The translations under genes were made by a program, and so were the position numbers. Under the pieces are notes generated by a model that was given only the letters and a program-made list of their open reading frames with translations, searched no databases and was not told the origin of the DNA. From Octopus sinensis (taxonomy: Eukaryota), in assembly GCF_006345805.1 (NCBI RefSeq), contig NC_043013.1:45508001-45572000 (forward strand): a DNA stretch of 64,000 bases. The letters run 5' to 3'. Shown here piece by piece: positions 11,621 to 23,216 of the stretch. Within the stretch, counting starts at the first letter, position 1, and each line of letters opens with the position of its first letter.

Positions 11621-12202
11621 AAGTACCAATTGAGCACTGGGGTTGGTGTAATTGACTTAACCCTTCCCCTAAATTGCTAGCCTTCTGCCGAAATTTGAAA
11701 ATGATATTGCAGCATAGCAGGGCAGTCGAATAACTTCACCCCAGTGTAGCAGCACACTGGTGCTGCGTTCCTTCACTCTTGATGACTTCCACCCAAGTAA
11801 TAATGTGCGCTTTTCAAGAGCGTTTATTCAGTCTCTTTCTAAAGGTTGGAACGTTAACACCTGGTTCCTTTTTGTTGCTCCTTTGCTCTATCCCATTCAG
11901 ATGTAGACACTAAACTATCAACGAGCTTGTGGTTCATCTAGTCCGACACGCTATGAGATTTCTGCCTCGCCTCACTACCACTTCAAAATTCATTGGATAT
12001 TTTAGATTTGCAGCCAAGAACCAGAGATAACAACCTTGATACGTATTTAAGAATTAACTCATTCTCCAACACCCTGTTGTCTTGTATGCTTATCTCTGTT
12101 GTGCCAGCTGCTTCATGTGTGAGTTAGGAATAAATCATGTTTGTTAACCAAAGACATTGCCCTCTGATATTTATCGTTACCTTTACGTAGAACATGTATA
12201 TA

Positions 12203-12443
12203 TACATTATTTACATTATTTACATTTGTTGGATATTTGTCCTCATCTTGTTTTTGTTGTTAACACATTTCGGCTGTTATACCCTCCAGCCTTCTTCAGG
12301 TGTCTTGGGGAAATTTCGAACCTGGGTTCTCATTCCCAAGGTATTTTTCGATGTTATTATTATCATTATTATTATTATTATTTTTCAGGTCAGTGCCTGG
12401 AATCAAACTTGGAATCTTGGGGTTAGTAGCCCGTGCTCTTAAC
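12203..12443 (-). mobile_element. Short tRNA-headed element: tRNA head + (AAT)n + hammerhead-like 3' module
   Basis: The head is the reverse complement of 12469-12528; the module is the reverse complement of 13186-13324. Confidence 0.75.
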
Positions 12444-12465
12444 AAATTGGAGATATATAGAGAAA

Positions 12466-12999
12466 GTGGTTAAGAGTACAGGCTACTAACCCCAAGATTC
12501 CGAGTTCGATTCCAGGCAGTGACCTGAATAGGTATAAAAGATGGGCTACAGCAAATATTCTGCTCAATACCACAGATTTGCTTGTCAGTTGTTTGACCTT
12601 AACCAGTTGAGCATGTCCCTTAGTGGCTGACGATATGTGCATCTCTGATCACGAGCAGAAATAGTGGGGGAGCATCATAGCCATGTGTTGAGAGGGATTC
12701 TTTGGGGTTTGAATAATTCACCTCTGGAAACATGGGTGGTTCTTTCAACATCCTTAAACAACCCTTATTCAGGGACCTTTTGAGTGGGATGGGCTACTCA
12801 ACCTGAAGAAATTCTAACTGGGCCCCACCTGCAAGGTCATGCGCTGTTTATCTTGATATGAGATCACCATGTTGCGCATATATGGTTGTGATGCATGTGC
12901 CTGGTGTACCCTTATCAGACGGGTAGTCATGATGGGTATATTGGGCTTCGTATATTTTACCCCAGTGTCACTTCGATGGCATGCACTGCTCTCTCACTC

Positions 13000-13077
<78 letters not shown>

Positions 13078-13146
13078 AAGAAGAAGAAGAAGAAGAAGAA
13101 GAAGAAGAAGAAGAAGAAGAAGAAGAAGAAGAAGAAGAAGAAGAAG

Positions 13147-13182
<36 letters not shown>

Positions 13183-13356
13183 AGCATCGAAAAATACCTT
13201 AGGAATGAGAACCCAGGTTCAAAATTTCTCCAAGACACCTGATGACAGCTGGAGGGTATATCAGCCAAAACGTGTTAACAACAAACAAGATGAGCATAAA
13301 TATCCGTCAAATGTAAATAATGTACATAATTCCTCATCTCTTAAACATAGAACTGT
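12466..13356 (+). mobile_element. Long tRNA-headed SINE (about 470-bp body) + compound trinucleotide run + hammerhead-like 3' module
   Basis: GTGGTTAAGAGTACAGGCTACTAACC...GAGTTCGATTCC tRNA-like head; body to 12999; (AAT)16(AAG)33(AAC)11; module from 13186 containing GACAC-CTGATGA. Confidence 0.75.
13000..13179 (+). repeat. Compound microsatellite (AAT)16(AAG)33(AAC)11
   Basis: AAT 13000-13047, AAG 13048-13146, AAC 13147-13179; each block is uninterrupted. Confidence 0.95.
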
Positions 13357-14113
13357 CTGTATTTATATATTTAAAAGCTTCTTACATGCACACAGCTAAA
13401 TATACTTCCTAAACTGGTAAAGCCCAACTCTTAATTAACCTCTCGTTACAATATGATTAGATATCTTTATAACTAGCGACTGATGTGATTAAATACCTCT
13501 ATAAATAGTGATTGATATGTGGCAGAATCATTAGCATGCCAGACAAAATGTTTAGTGGCATTCTGTCTATCTTTACATTATGAGTTCATCTTTTCAAAGT
13601 CAATAAAATTAGGTACCATTTAAGCTCTGGGGTTAGTGTAATCAACTTACCCACCTCTCCCGAAATTGCTGGCCTTGTGCCAAAATTTGAAATTGATATA
13701 ACTCCATTGGATACTCATGCGTTAGCTAAATGGCCATGCATTTTGTGTTGTTGTTGCTTGGCATTAGGTTAGTTTTGATCTATGAGTAAAGTTGTTCTAA
13801 TGTGGAGGCACATGGCCTTGTGGTTAGAGCAGTGGACTGGAAACGAACATCACTCGTATGACAGGGACATTTGTTTATGACCATCACATGATGTCAAGAT
13901 AATGGTACACAGAACCAAATACATATATACATATAACAGGCTTCTTCCGGTTTCTGTCTGCCAAATCCATTCACAAGGGTTCAGTCAACCCAGATCTACA
14001 GTACAAAACACTTGCCTGATGTTCCATGCAGTGGGACTGAACCCAAGACAGTTGCACCAAAAGAAATACAGAAGCAAAAGAGCCTCAAACTTTCTCCAGT
14101 CACTGATAAAGTA

Positions 14114-15402
14114 TTGGGTTGGCAACTAAGTTCCAGCCATTTTCTTAAATTTAAATTTTTTAATAGGTTTAATAAAAAATAACAATTAATTAATCAATAA
14201 TATATTCCCCCTTGTTGCTTACGACTTCTTTCCAATGTTCAACAAGATTTTCAATACCTCATTATTAGAAATCAACCGATTTCAACTCGAAAAATTGATC
14301 CGACCAAGCTCTTCTCAATTCTGCATCAGTATTGAACGAAACTCTGTGCATAGCATTTGAAAGAAATCGAAAGAAGTGGAAATCCGTTGGTGCCAAATCA
14401 GGAGAGCACGGTAGGTGTGGCAGCACTTCCCAGCCATGTGTCTGAATGGCTTCTTTGGCCATATTCGTGATATGAGGGTGGGCATTGTCATGCAGCAGAA
14501 GAACTCCATGCTGATGATTAGGTCTTTTTTCTTGAATAGCCATGTTGAGTCTTTCCATCTGTTGAACATAGAGTTCTGTGTTGACTGTTTGGTTCCATTC
14601 AAGCAATTCGTAATGGATAATCCCTTCCCAGTCCCACCATATGCACAACATTGTTTTTTCACGGCTGAAGATCTTCTTTCGTGTGCAGCATCACTTGTTT
14701 ACCGGGCCTAAGCCATTCCTTACGCTGCTTCATATTGATGTATAGGTACCATTTTTAGTCACCAGTAATGATTCAGTAAAGAAGAGTTGAGCGGTGAAGA
14801 GCAAGCAAACCAGCGGAGATTGTGGCTCATTGAATTTTGTTGTTGTCATTTAAAGCATTTGTATAGTATATCATTTGTATAGTATATGCTCCATACTTCT
14901 GAACCTTTCCCATCGAGTGAAGCTGCTTCTCTATAGCAGTGTGGGAGCACTCCATTTTCTCTGCCAGTTCCCTTGTCAAATGACGAGAATTTTCATGCAA
15001 AAGTTGGTTTAATTGCTCTTCATCGAACTCAACTGGACGGCCAGAATGAGGTGCGTCTTTGAGGTCAAAATTTCCATTTTTGAACTTGGCATACCAATCA
15101 CAAGTGGTTCTTTCTGCTATGGCACCCTCTCCATACACAGCACAAATGTCACAAGGAGCTTTTGCGGCCTTAGAACCTTGATTAAAAGCAAAAAGGTGTC
15201 GAAAATGCTCGTTTTTCTTAACTTGACATTCCATTTTAATGATCTGAAAATAAACAAAAATTAACTTGAAAAAAAACAAAAACAAAATAGATTCCAAAAT
15301 GATTCAAAAATAGAATTCTCAAAAGAAATAGATTCCAAAATTTAAAAACGCAATAGATTCCAAAATTAAAAAAAAACAGTGGTAACTTAGTTGTCAACCC
15401 AA
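14114..15402 (-). mobile_element. Full-length defective mariner (D34D), mellifera-subfamily-like
   Basis: TA TSDs, TIRs TTGGGTTG(G/A)CAACTAAGTT, 1289 bp. N-terminal HTH ORF MECQVKKNEHFRHLF... and catalytic HDNA-x-SPDLAPTDFHFF with 34 residues between the aspartates. The WVPH motif is replaced by a 16-bp tandem duplication, and there are frameshifts. Confidence 0.95.
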
Positions 15403-16202
15403 TAGTTTGAGATTTTAGTTGTTGTATTATAGCTGATATGGAGTGGAGAATCCAGACATTTGAGTATAAGTGCTTCTGAAGGTTACTGCACATCCCATAC
15501 ACAGAGCACAAAATGAACAGCTTTGCTGGGCAACAACTCAACAAATATGCTGGAAGACAGGAACCACCCCTTGTGCAGGTAAAAGGATAAAAGCTTGCTT
15601 GGTATGGTCATGTAAGCTTCCACAACTCCCTGGCCAAATGCATTCTTCAAGGCACAGTTGAGGGAGGACAAAAGAAAGATGGACAGGCCACAACACAGCA
15701 AACCTGCTATGCAGGACATAGAACAGAGACCAGTGGCATTGGCTGACTGTGAAAGTGTTAAAAGTGGCACCCCAATGACTTGCTGCATCAGTTAAGGGAT
15801 TCTCGATGCTGATGATTATAGCAGGGGACATAAAATTGGCAGGATTGTTAGAGGTGGGTGGCATACCTTGAGATGTTTGTTTCTCTTCTCTGTGACCCAA
15901 ATCCCTCCAAGACCTATTTTGCTTTTAATCCTTTCAGGGTCAATAAATAAAATACGAGTCAAAGGCGGTGGACAACAGAATTGTCCGAGTGTGCCTGTGC
16001 AGTAGGACTAAATCCAGAACCACGTGGTTGGGAAGCAAGCTTCTTATCACACGGCCACGTCTGATTGGGTGGGGGACATACAAAAAAATACGAAAAAGAA
16101 GCCCAATGAATGTAAACGGGGTTTTCTTTTTAGAGCTGTCAACAGAGGAGACAAAATATACTTGTACTTTTTTTAAAATTCATCTTGCAAAGAGCTGATA
16201 AC

Positions 16203-16617
16203 GGATCTGTTCGGTTTGAACGGCAGTTTTTTCTAGCGGTGTCATATGAAATTGTCACCCATAATTATGACCCTTATATCGATCTATTGCATTTCAATCT
16301 GTTTTAGGGTTAGGGTTAGGGGTGGGGGGAAGGGTATCTTTTTTTTCTTCACAAATGTAAATAAACCCAATCTGTTTCTTAAACGAGGGACATATTCATA
16401 CGGCACAGAATATTTTCACCTCAATAGACGTCATTGATTGGTTGAAATTGCAGAAATTGAAGAAAAAAACAACAAATATCTTACAAACTCTACAATTTTC
16501 TCAATAAAGCCAAGAGAAAGAAATGTTTTATAATCACATTCTACCAGTATACGAAGTTTCAAAGTGTTTAGTTACGTGGAAATTATTTTAAAAAACTGCC
16601 GTTCAAACCGAAAAGAT
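16203..16617. mobile_element. MITE with about 28-bp TIRs (GGATCT..TCGGTTTGAACGGCAGTTTTT) and internal TTAGGG repeats
   Basis: TIR pair; a second copy lies at 28717-29152. The right end has a small deletion removing part of the TIR and TSD. Confidence 0.85.
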
Positions 16618-17844
16618 AACAACATATAGATATTATTAGATTGGTAGATCGCCCGTCAAAATACCTGCTTGTATTTTGTAACACCCCGTTTACATTCTGA
16701 GCTCAAATCCCATCAACATCATTTCGGAGTCGATGAAATTAAGTGCGAGTCAAATACTGAGTCGATTTAATATTCCTATGACACATCCTAGCCACGAATG
16801 GAATTATAATAGAAGAGCGTGAATTGAACTTGGAAGCCTGAGACACCAAGGAATATATCGAAAAACATCTGGCCCCAAGCACTTGCCGTTTGAGCTAACT
16901 CCAACACCCAGACGTTAATAAACAATATAATTAGATCGGAAGTCGGCTATAAATGTTTATTATTTACTAGAACAGTTAGTAAGAAGCTGAACCAGCAATT
17001 ACTGTAGTGTTCACTCGTGAATGTCTACAGTCGGGATGGTAACCTGTATAAATATATATATATATCAATTGAAGCCCAGGGAAATTGTTGGTTGCACTGG
17101 AGGCCAAAATTAAATCGAGCAATTTATATGTCATAACAAACATCTTGCTTTTTGTTTTGCTTTTACGAACCAACTGCGAAGTAACAATTATTAACAGTCG
17201 GTGTCTGGGTGAAGCTGCGTGGTTTAACTAATTACATTAATATCTTTTACTTGTAAGCTGTTTTGATTGACTGTTTATAAACAAATTACTTTTGCATTGT
17301 AACCAGTGCTGGTAGAACACAATAAACATTCTGTGCCAAGGTGCAAAGCTTGACTAACCGTCACCACAAAGAACGGTAGATAAACAGTTCAGGGTGAGAT
17401 CAAACGTCAATGAAGAATACACCAATAAATAAAATAAAAAACCGCTTCAACCGGCTTTGGAGGATTTCAATAACTAGTTGATTACCATAGCTTCTATTAT
17501 TATACTTAATGAATGTATTCCAATTAGCATTTTTACTAACATTCTGTATACACAGATGTATCACTTGTACAAAGACACACGCAATGATATATACACACAC
17601 GTAAGCGAACGTAGAATAAACAATTCGGTAAATGCTCGATGAGAACAACAAACAAACTCTTTTTTTTTTTTCACTTATGTCTTGTGTTTCCCTAAATAAA
17701 AAAAAAAAAACAATTTACACAGAAATAGAGATTAATAATAATAATTATTATTCGGCATTTGAAACTAATTTTGCGTTAAGTGAACATAAATTCATATTCA
17801 TTAAGCGTGCAAGCTGTTTGTTTACGTGTACGCATGTGTGTGTG

Positions 17845-17845
<1 letters not shown>

Positions 17846-17886
<41 letters not shown>

Positions 17887-17959
17887 ATATTATATATATA
17901 TATTATATATATATTATATTATATATATATATATATTATATATATATATATTATATATA

Positions 17960-18022
<63 letters not shown>
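17846..18022. repeat. Long (AT)n / interrupted AT microsatellite
   Basis: Directly visible. Confidence 0.95.
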
Positions 18023-18029
<7 letters not shown>

Positions 18030-18086
18030 GCGTACACGCAAACAAACATATATATATATAGAGAGAGAGATTTGTGTGTGTGTGTG

Positions 18087-18281
18087 TATAGGTATTGTGT
18101 GCGTATACGAGCTTGTATGCGTGCGTAATATATGTACGTGTGCGTATATATATATATATATATATTTGTGTATATATATATATATATATGTGTGTGTATA
18201 TATATATGTATGTATATAGGTATTTGTGTATGTGTGCGCATACGAGCTTGTATGCGTGTATAATATGTGTGCGTGTGTGCG

Positions 18282-18318
<37 letters not shown>

Positions 18319-18420
18319 TTGTGTGTGTGTATGTGTATGTATATAGGTATTTGTGTTTGTGTGCGTATACGAGCTTGTATGCGTGTGTAATATATGTGCG
18401 TATATGTGTGCGTATGTGTG
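18087..18420. repeat. About 127-bp minisatellite, 3 units
   Basis: TATAGGTATT at 18087, 18215 and 18342; each unit contains TACGAGCTTGTATGCGTG. Confidence 0.8.
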
Positions 18421-18436
18421 TGTATATATATATGTG

Positions 18437-18467
<31 letters not shown>

Positions 18468-18930
18468 CTTAATGTGTGTGCGTGTGTGTTTGCGTGTGCA
18501 CGCGCGCTTATGCATATATGGCGTTACTGTTGGCTCTGTGGTGTTGGTGGCGACGTAAAATCAAATACTGAGGCACGCCGCTTTTTGATATCAGTCTTGA
18601 TATTTATGTGTGTTAGTGTACATTGAGAAGAGAGAAATTAAGGTCATGGCTGTACAAATCAGATAATAAAATAAACATTATAAGAAAGAGAGAGAGAGAG
18701 AGAAAGAGAAAAGAGAGAGAGAGAGAGAAAGAGAAAAGAGAGAGAGAAAGAGAGACCATTGATAAAATCACAAGTGCTGCGTATAGCAATGTATTAAGTG
18801 AGTATTTGTCGAAATTCCGACGTGTTTTGTATTGTTTGCTACCGGGACAACACTCTAATTGAGTCTATCCTTTACTCTGTCAACATAAATAGAGACGTAA
18901 ACATTAGTCGATAGGTCTTTATTTTCTTAC

Positions 18931-19063
18931 CATGTTGTAAAAAAAAAGCCAGACGGAATAAAAATAAAATAAAATAAAATAAAACGAAATAATGTTTTTT
19001 TTTATAAACAATACCCCAAGAGTATTATTATTATGTAATTATTCTATTTTCCACCAGGATGTT
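18931..19063 (-). other. Candidate 5' exon of an unidentified minus-strand gene ending in ATG|GTAAGA
   Basis: Minus strand reads TTACAAC-ATG|GTAAGA (ATG 18933-18931), with a possible acceptor TTTATTTTTAG| at 19064, inside a CpG-retaining domain. No downstream coding exon was recognised. Confidence 0.25.
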
Positions 19064-19606
19064 CTAAAAATAAAATAATAATAATGGAAAAAAAACATAG
19101 TTTGCATACGTGTGTGTGTGTGTGTGTATAGTAACATGTGCGTCTCGCCTGATTAAGAGAAGAAATGCGAATTGATATGCGTATATTCTCGTGTATGAAG
19201 ATGTGCAAGAGAGACAGGTAAAGAGAGTGTGTGCGCTCAGGTGTGCACTACAATAACTAACTATATATGATCACTGATATTATATATATACACACACATA
19301 TATTAATCGAAGTATGCAGTATTATACATATATATATATATATGTGTGTGTGTATGTAATGTCAGTGAGCGTATATAATTAGTTATTGTACTGCACCTGA
19401 GCGCAGTATACAATATGCAAATAATTATTTTAAGTGTGTTTGTCTATATACGCATGTATACAAACATGCGCACACGCTCTTTCCCTCCAAGTATGTATAT
19501 ACACGTGTGTGTGTGTATGTGCGTGTGTGTGTGTGTGTGCGTGCGTGTGTGTGTGTACATATACACGGACAGACACACACACACATATACATATGTTCTT
19601 TTACTT

Positions 19607-20058
19607 GTTTCAGTCATTTGACCGCGGCCATGCGGGAGCACTGCCTCTATAGTCGAACAAATCGACCCCAGGACTTATTCTTTGTAAGCCTAGTACTTAT
19701 TCTATCGTTTTTTTTTTTTGGCCGAACCGCTAAGTTATGGGGACATAAACACACCAACAGCGGTTGTCAAGCGATCGTAGGGGAACAAACACAGACACAC
19801 ACACACACACACACACACATACATATTTACGACGGGCTTCTTTCTTTTTTTGTCTACCAAATACAATGATTTGTTTATAGTGATCAAATGTTCATGTCAC
19901 ACGTTAGCTCCCTCCCTCCCTCCCTCCCTCCATCAAATCAACATTGTCTGAACTGGTACATAGGCTATAGTAGAGACACTTGCCCAAGGTGTCATGCAGC
20001 GGGACTGAACCCAGAACCATGTGGTTGGGAAGCAAGCTTCTTACCACACAGCCATGCC
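19607..20058 (-). mobile_element. SINE family B, interrupted or rearranged
   Basis: 3' module at 19607-19860; head with CORE-like motif at 19965-20058. Confidence 0.8.
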
Positions 20059-20586
20059 TGTTTTTTATATTCAATTATAAGGGTTTCAAATTTTGTCACA
20101 AGGGCAGCCATTTTGGGAGAGATCAGTTGATTACATTGACCCCAGTGTTTCACTGGTACTTAATTTATCGACTCTGAAAGGATGAAAGGCAAAGTCGACC
20201 TCGGCAGAATTTGAACTCAGAACGTGAAGAGAGATGAAATAAATCTACATCAGAATTTCCGACCATAAGTTTTCAGTTATTCGATTAACTAAACTATCAG
20301 ACTTATTGAAATAGCATATAAGTTGTAGAATATTCCACCGGCATATTCCACTTCAAGTAGAATATTCCAGTTCAAGTAGTGTGTACGCACCTCTCTCTCT
20401 ATGTACATAAATATAAATAAATACACACACACACATATACACACATACACGCACACATGTATGCATGTATATATATTTATATATAAATATAATAATTATT
20501 TGAGGGAATATTATTCCTAACTTACAGGGAAAAATTCAATTTAGAAATACTAAATCAAATTTCACAAAATGTAATATATATAAATA

Positions 20587-23216
20587 CTAGGTGACATACC
20601 TGGTAATTCCTGGAAAAGCAGGGCTTATCTTTTGGTTCCATTCTCATAATTGTTTCGCTAATCCAATAACAACAATACAAAGTATGTAGCCCTTAAAACG
20701 GTTTTTGTATATTTACAGAAAATACCGAACTGTCTTACATAGGACATTGTTTTAAGGAAATCCCAATAAGTTATGAATACCCAAATTGTGAAGTCAGTTA
20801 CAAAATAACATGAAATTAGTTACCCGATAGTAAGAATTCAAATAAAGTAGCCCTGAAAAGAAGTTTAATGCATTCCCAGAGTATACAGAACTAGGAGGAA
20901 ATACCAATAAGGTATGTATACCAAAATCGTGAAGCATGTTGCGTAATAACAGGTTAATCGCATATGAGATAATAATAATTCAAAGTAAATAACTCTGAAA
21001 AGGGCTTTTGTGCATTCCCAGAGAATATAACCCTTAAGGATGCTAGTGTTGAAATAGATTTACAATGGATGTAGAAACAGATCTTCATTTAGTTTTACAG
21101 TAGACATACAAACAAATTTGCATATAGATTTTAAAATGAAATAACATGTAGATTATCATTACATTTTATTAAAGTTGCAGAGCTTCTTGGTAAACAACAT
21201 TTTTGCTCTTTCCTCATGGGGCATAAATAAACAAATGACTAGTACTGCCGACTCTTGAGCATCCCACATAAAGTTGGCCTTGGGAGAAAACTGGTTCTGC
21301 AAGGTTCAGACCTACCACATCCAAGGACTGCCCCTGGGCCTTCTTGATGCTCTTTGTAAAGGTCAGTTTCAATGGGAATTGTACTGGAAAGGCATATCCG
21401 AGGGAAATTAATGGAATTCTAGGAATGAATACAAGCTCACCACTTGCTTTACCAGTCAAAATTGTTGTCTCCAAGACTGTTGGCATCATCTTCTTTATTA
21501 TACGTCATGTGCCATTGCAAAGCTTTGGTGGATCAAGGCTTTGAAGCAGCATAACTGGTGTCCTAATCTTGAGGTACAAGTTGCGAGGTGGGAGGCTGGG
21601 TGGTATTAGACTATTCAAAAATTCAATTGGATAATTCACAGCTTCATCGATGTTGAGTACAGTGTCAACAGAATTGAAGATGTGACGCTCACCTGGCAAC
21701 TGTTCCAGAAGTTTGATGTTCAAATCAATAACTGTCACATTCTTTGGAGCTAAAATGGCATGAGTTTTCAGCCAGTTGTGATCTGTAAACTGATTCCTTC
21801 TTAGTTTAGCTGGCCATTCTTATTTCTTTATTGCCCACAAGGGGCTAAACATAGAGGGGACAAACAAGGACAAAGGGATTAAGTCGATTATATCGACCCC
21901 AGTGCGTAACTGGTACTTAATTTATCGACCCTGAAAGGATGAAAAGCAAAGTCAATCTCGGCAGAATTTGAACTCAGAATGTAGCGACAGACGAAATACC
22001 GCTGAGCATTTTGCCTGTTGTGCTAACGATTCTGCCAGCTGGCCATCCTTTTTGCCAACCAAAGTGCCATTACAAACATCCAACAATTGCTTTGGAATGG
22101 TTCCATTTGCATCATCATCACCACTGTTGGTTGTGAGTCTCAGCTTTTGCACGCTGCTCCATATGTAGGACGACTTTATGCTGGCATTTACCTCATCAGC
22201 TCTTGCTCCCTTTGGAACCATGAGGGTTTATCTAAAGTCTCCTGCAAGCAAGACTGTGGCACCTCTCATGAGCCTGGTGTTGTGTCTCAGATCCTGAAGG
22301 GCCATGTCAAGAGCTTCAAAGGAAACCTTATGGCTCATTGTCGCCTCATCCCAGATGATCAACCTGCACTCACCCAGAAGTTTACCTTTTATAGAACCAC
22401 GACTGATGTTGCAATTTGCCTTCTCTTTCTTGGACAGGTCCAAAGGGAGTTTGAAACAAGAATGAGTTGTGCAGCCACCACTTGGCAGAGTTGCAGCTAT
22501 TCCACTTGATGCCATTGCTATGGCAATGCGTTTCATTTGGCACATTTTAGTCAGAAGAAGGTTGATGACAAATGTCTTGCCAGTTCCATCTGGAGCAACC
22601 AGAAAGAAAAGGCCTCCTTTTCACTTTCAATGTTCGAAATAATGGTCTTATAAACACCCAGTTGATCCTCCAGTTTGTGTTCATTATCAGCTATATATGC
22701 CATCATTTTTTCGATGTCATAGCTGATTTCTCACAGGTACTCAATTGTGAAATTGTTTACAGCCTGCTCCAGTTGAGGCAGATCAAGCGTGGCAATACCT
22801 CAACCTCCCAATAGCTTGCACTCGGGTGTCCAGATCAACTAATGCCTCATTGTAAATGGCATTATTGAACATGGCAATTTCCGCTGAGGTTTGCCTTTGA
22901 ATCCTTTGTCAGATGTCCTCTGCCATGCTGCTTTTGTGAGTCATGCAACCGTTTGATGCACTGCAGGGTGATTAAAAGAAAATGAATGGGTTATTTCCCT
23001 TAGCTGTTAAAGGAAAATATATGGGTTATATGTGGACCCCTTCTAGGGGCCCTAACCATCCAATTATAGATTTTTATTAAATTTCAATGAGTCTAGTAAG
23101 AAACTGGATGTTAGTTTAACATGTTTGCAAAGTTTCATGAAAATTCATTAATGAGTGTCGACGGCAACTTGACACAAAGAGATATCCAAATAGACTTGGA
23201 TTTATATATGTATAGA
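20587..23216 (-). mobile_element. Helitron, internally deleted: both termini plus Pif1-like helicase pseudogene, no Rep domain seen
   Basis: 5' A|TCTATACATATATAAATC at 23216 and 3' CTAG|T at 20587 after a decayed hairpin. Helicase motifs APDGTGKTF, IIWDEATMSHK, VLLAGDFR, YPIEFLNSL, KLCNGT and QGQSL..VGLNL..PVFSQGQLYVGCSRV lie between about 22600 and 21214 with frameshifts. Confidence 0.9.
21821..22036 (-). mobile_element. SINE family A inserted in the Helitron helicase
   Basis: TSD AGCTGGCCAT(T/C)CT at 21808-21820 and 22037-22049. Confidence 0.9.

Noticed and set aside
11765-12060. Possible LINE C-terminal remnant (..TTSKFIGYFRFAAKNQR*)
   Set aside because: Too short and degenerate to assign without a search.
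12463-12528. tRNA gene calls for tRNA-like heads (also 60575-60644)
   Set aside because: They continue into SINE bodies and lack a proper acceptor stem and terminator, so they are SINE heads.
12869-13399. Poly-I/R/T, poly-N/K and poly-L/F ORFs
   Set aside because: Translations of the (AAT)(AAG)(AAC) microsatellite.
17632-18626. Long YI/HT/CV-rich ORFs (also at 1192-1725, 19415-19869, 44147-45073)
   Set aside because: Dinucleotide microsatellites lack stop codons in some frames.
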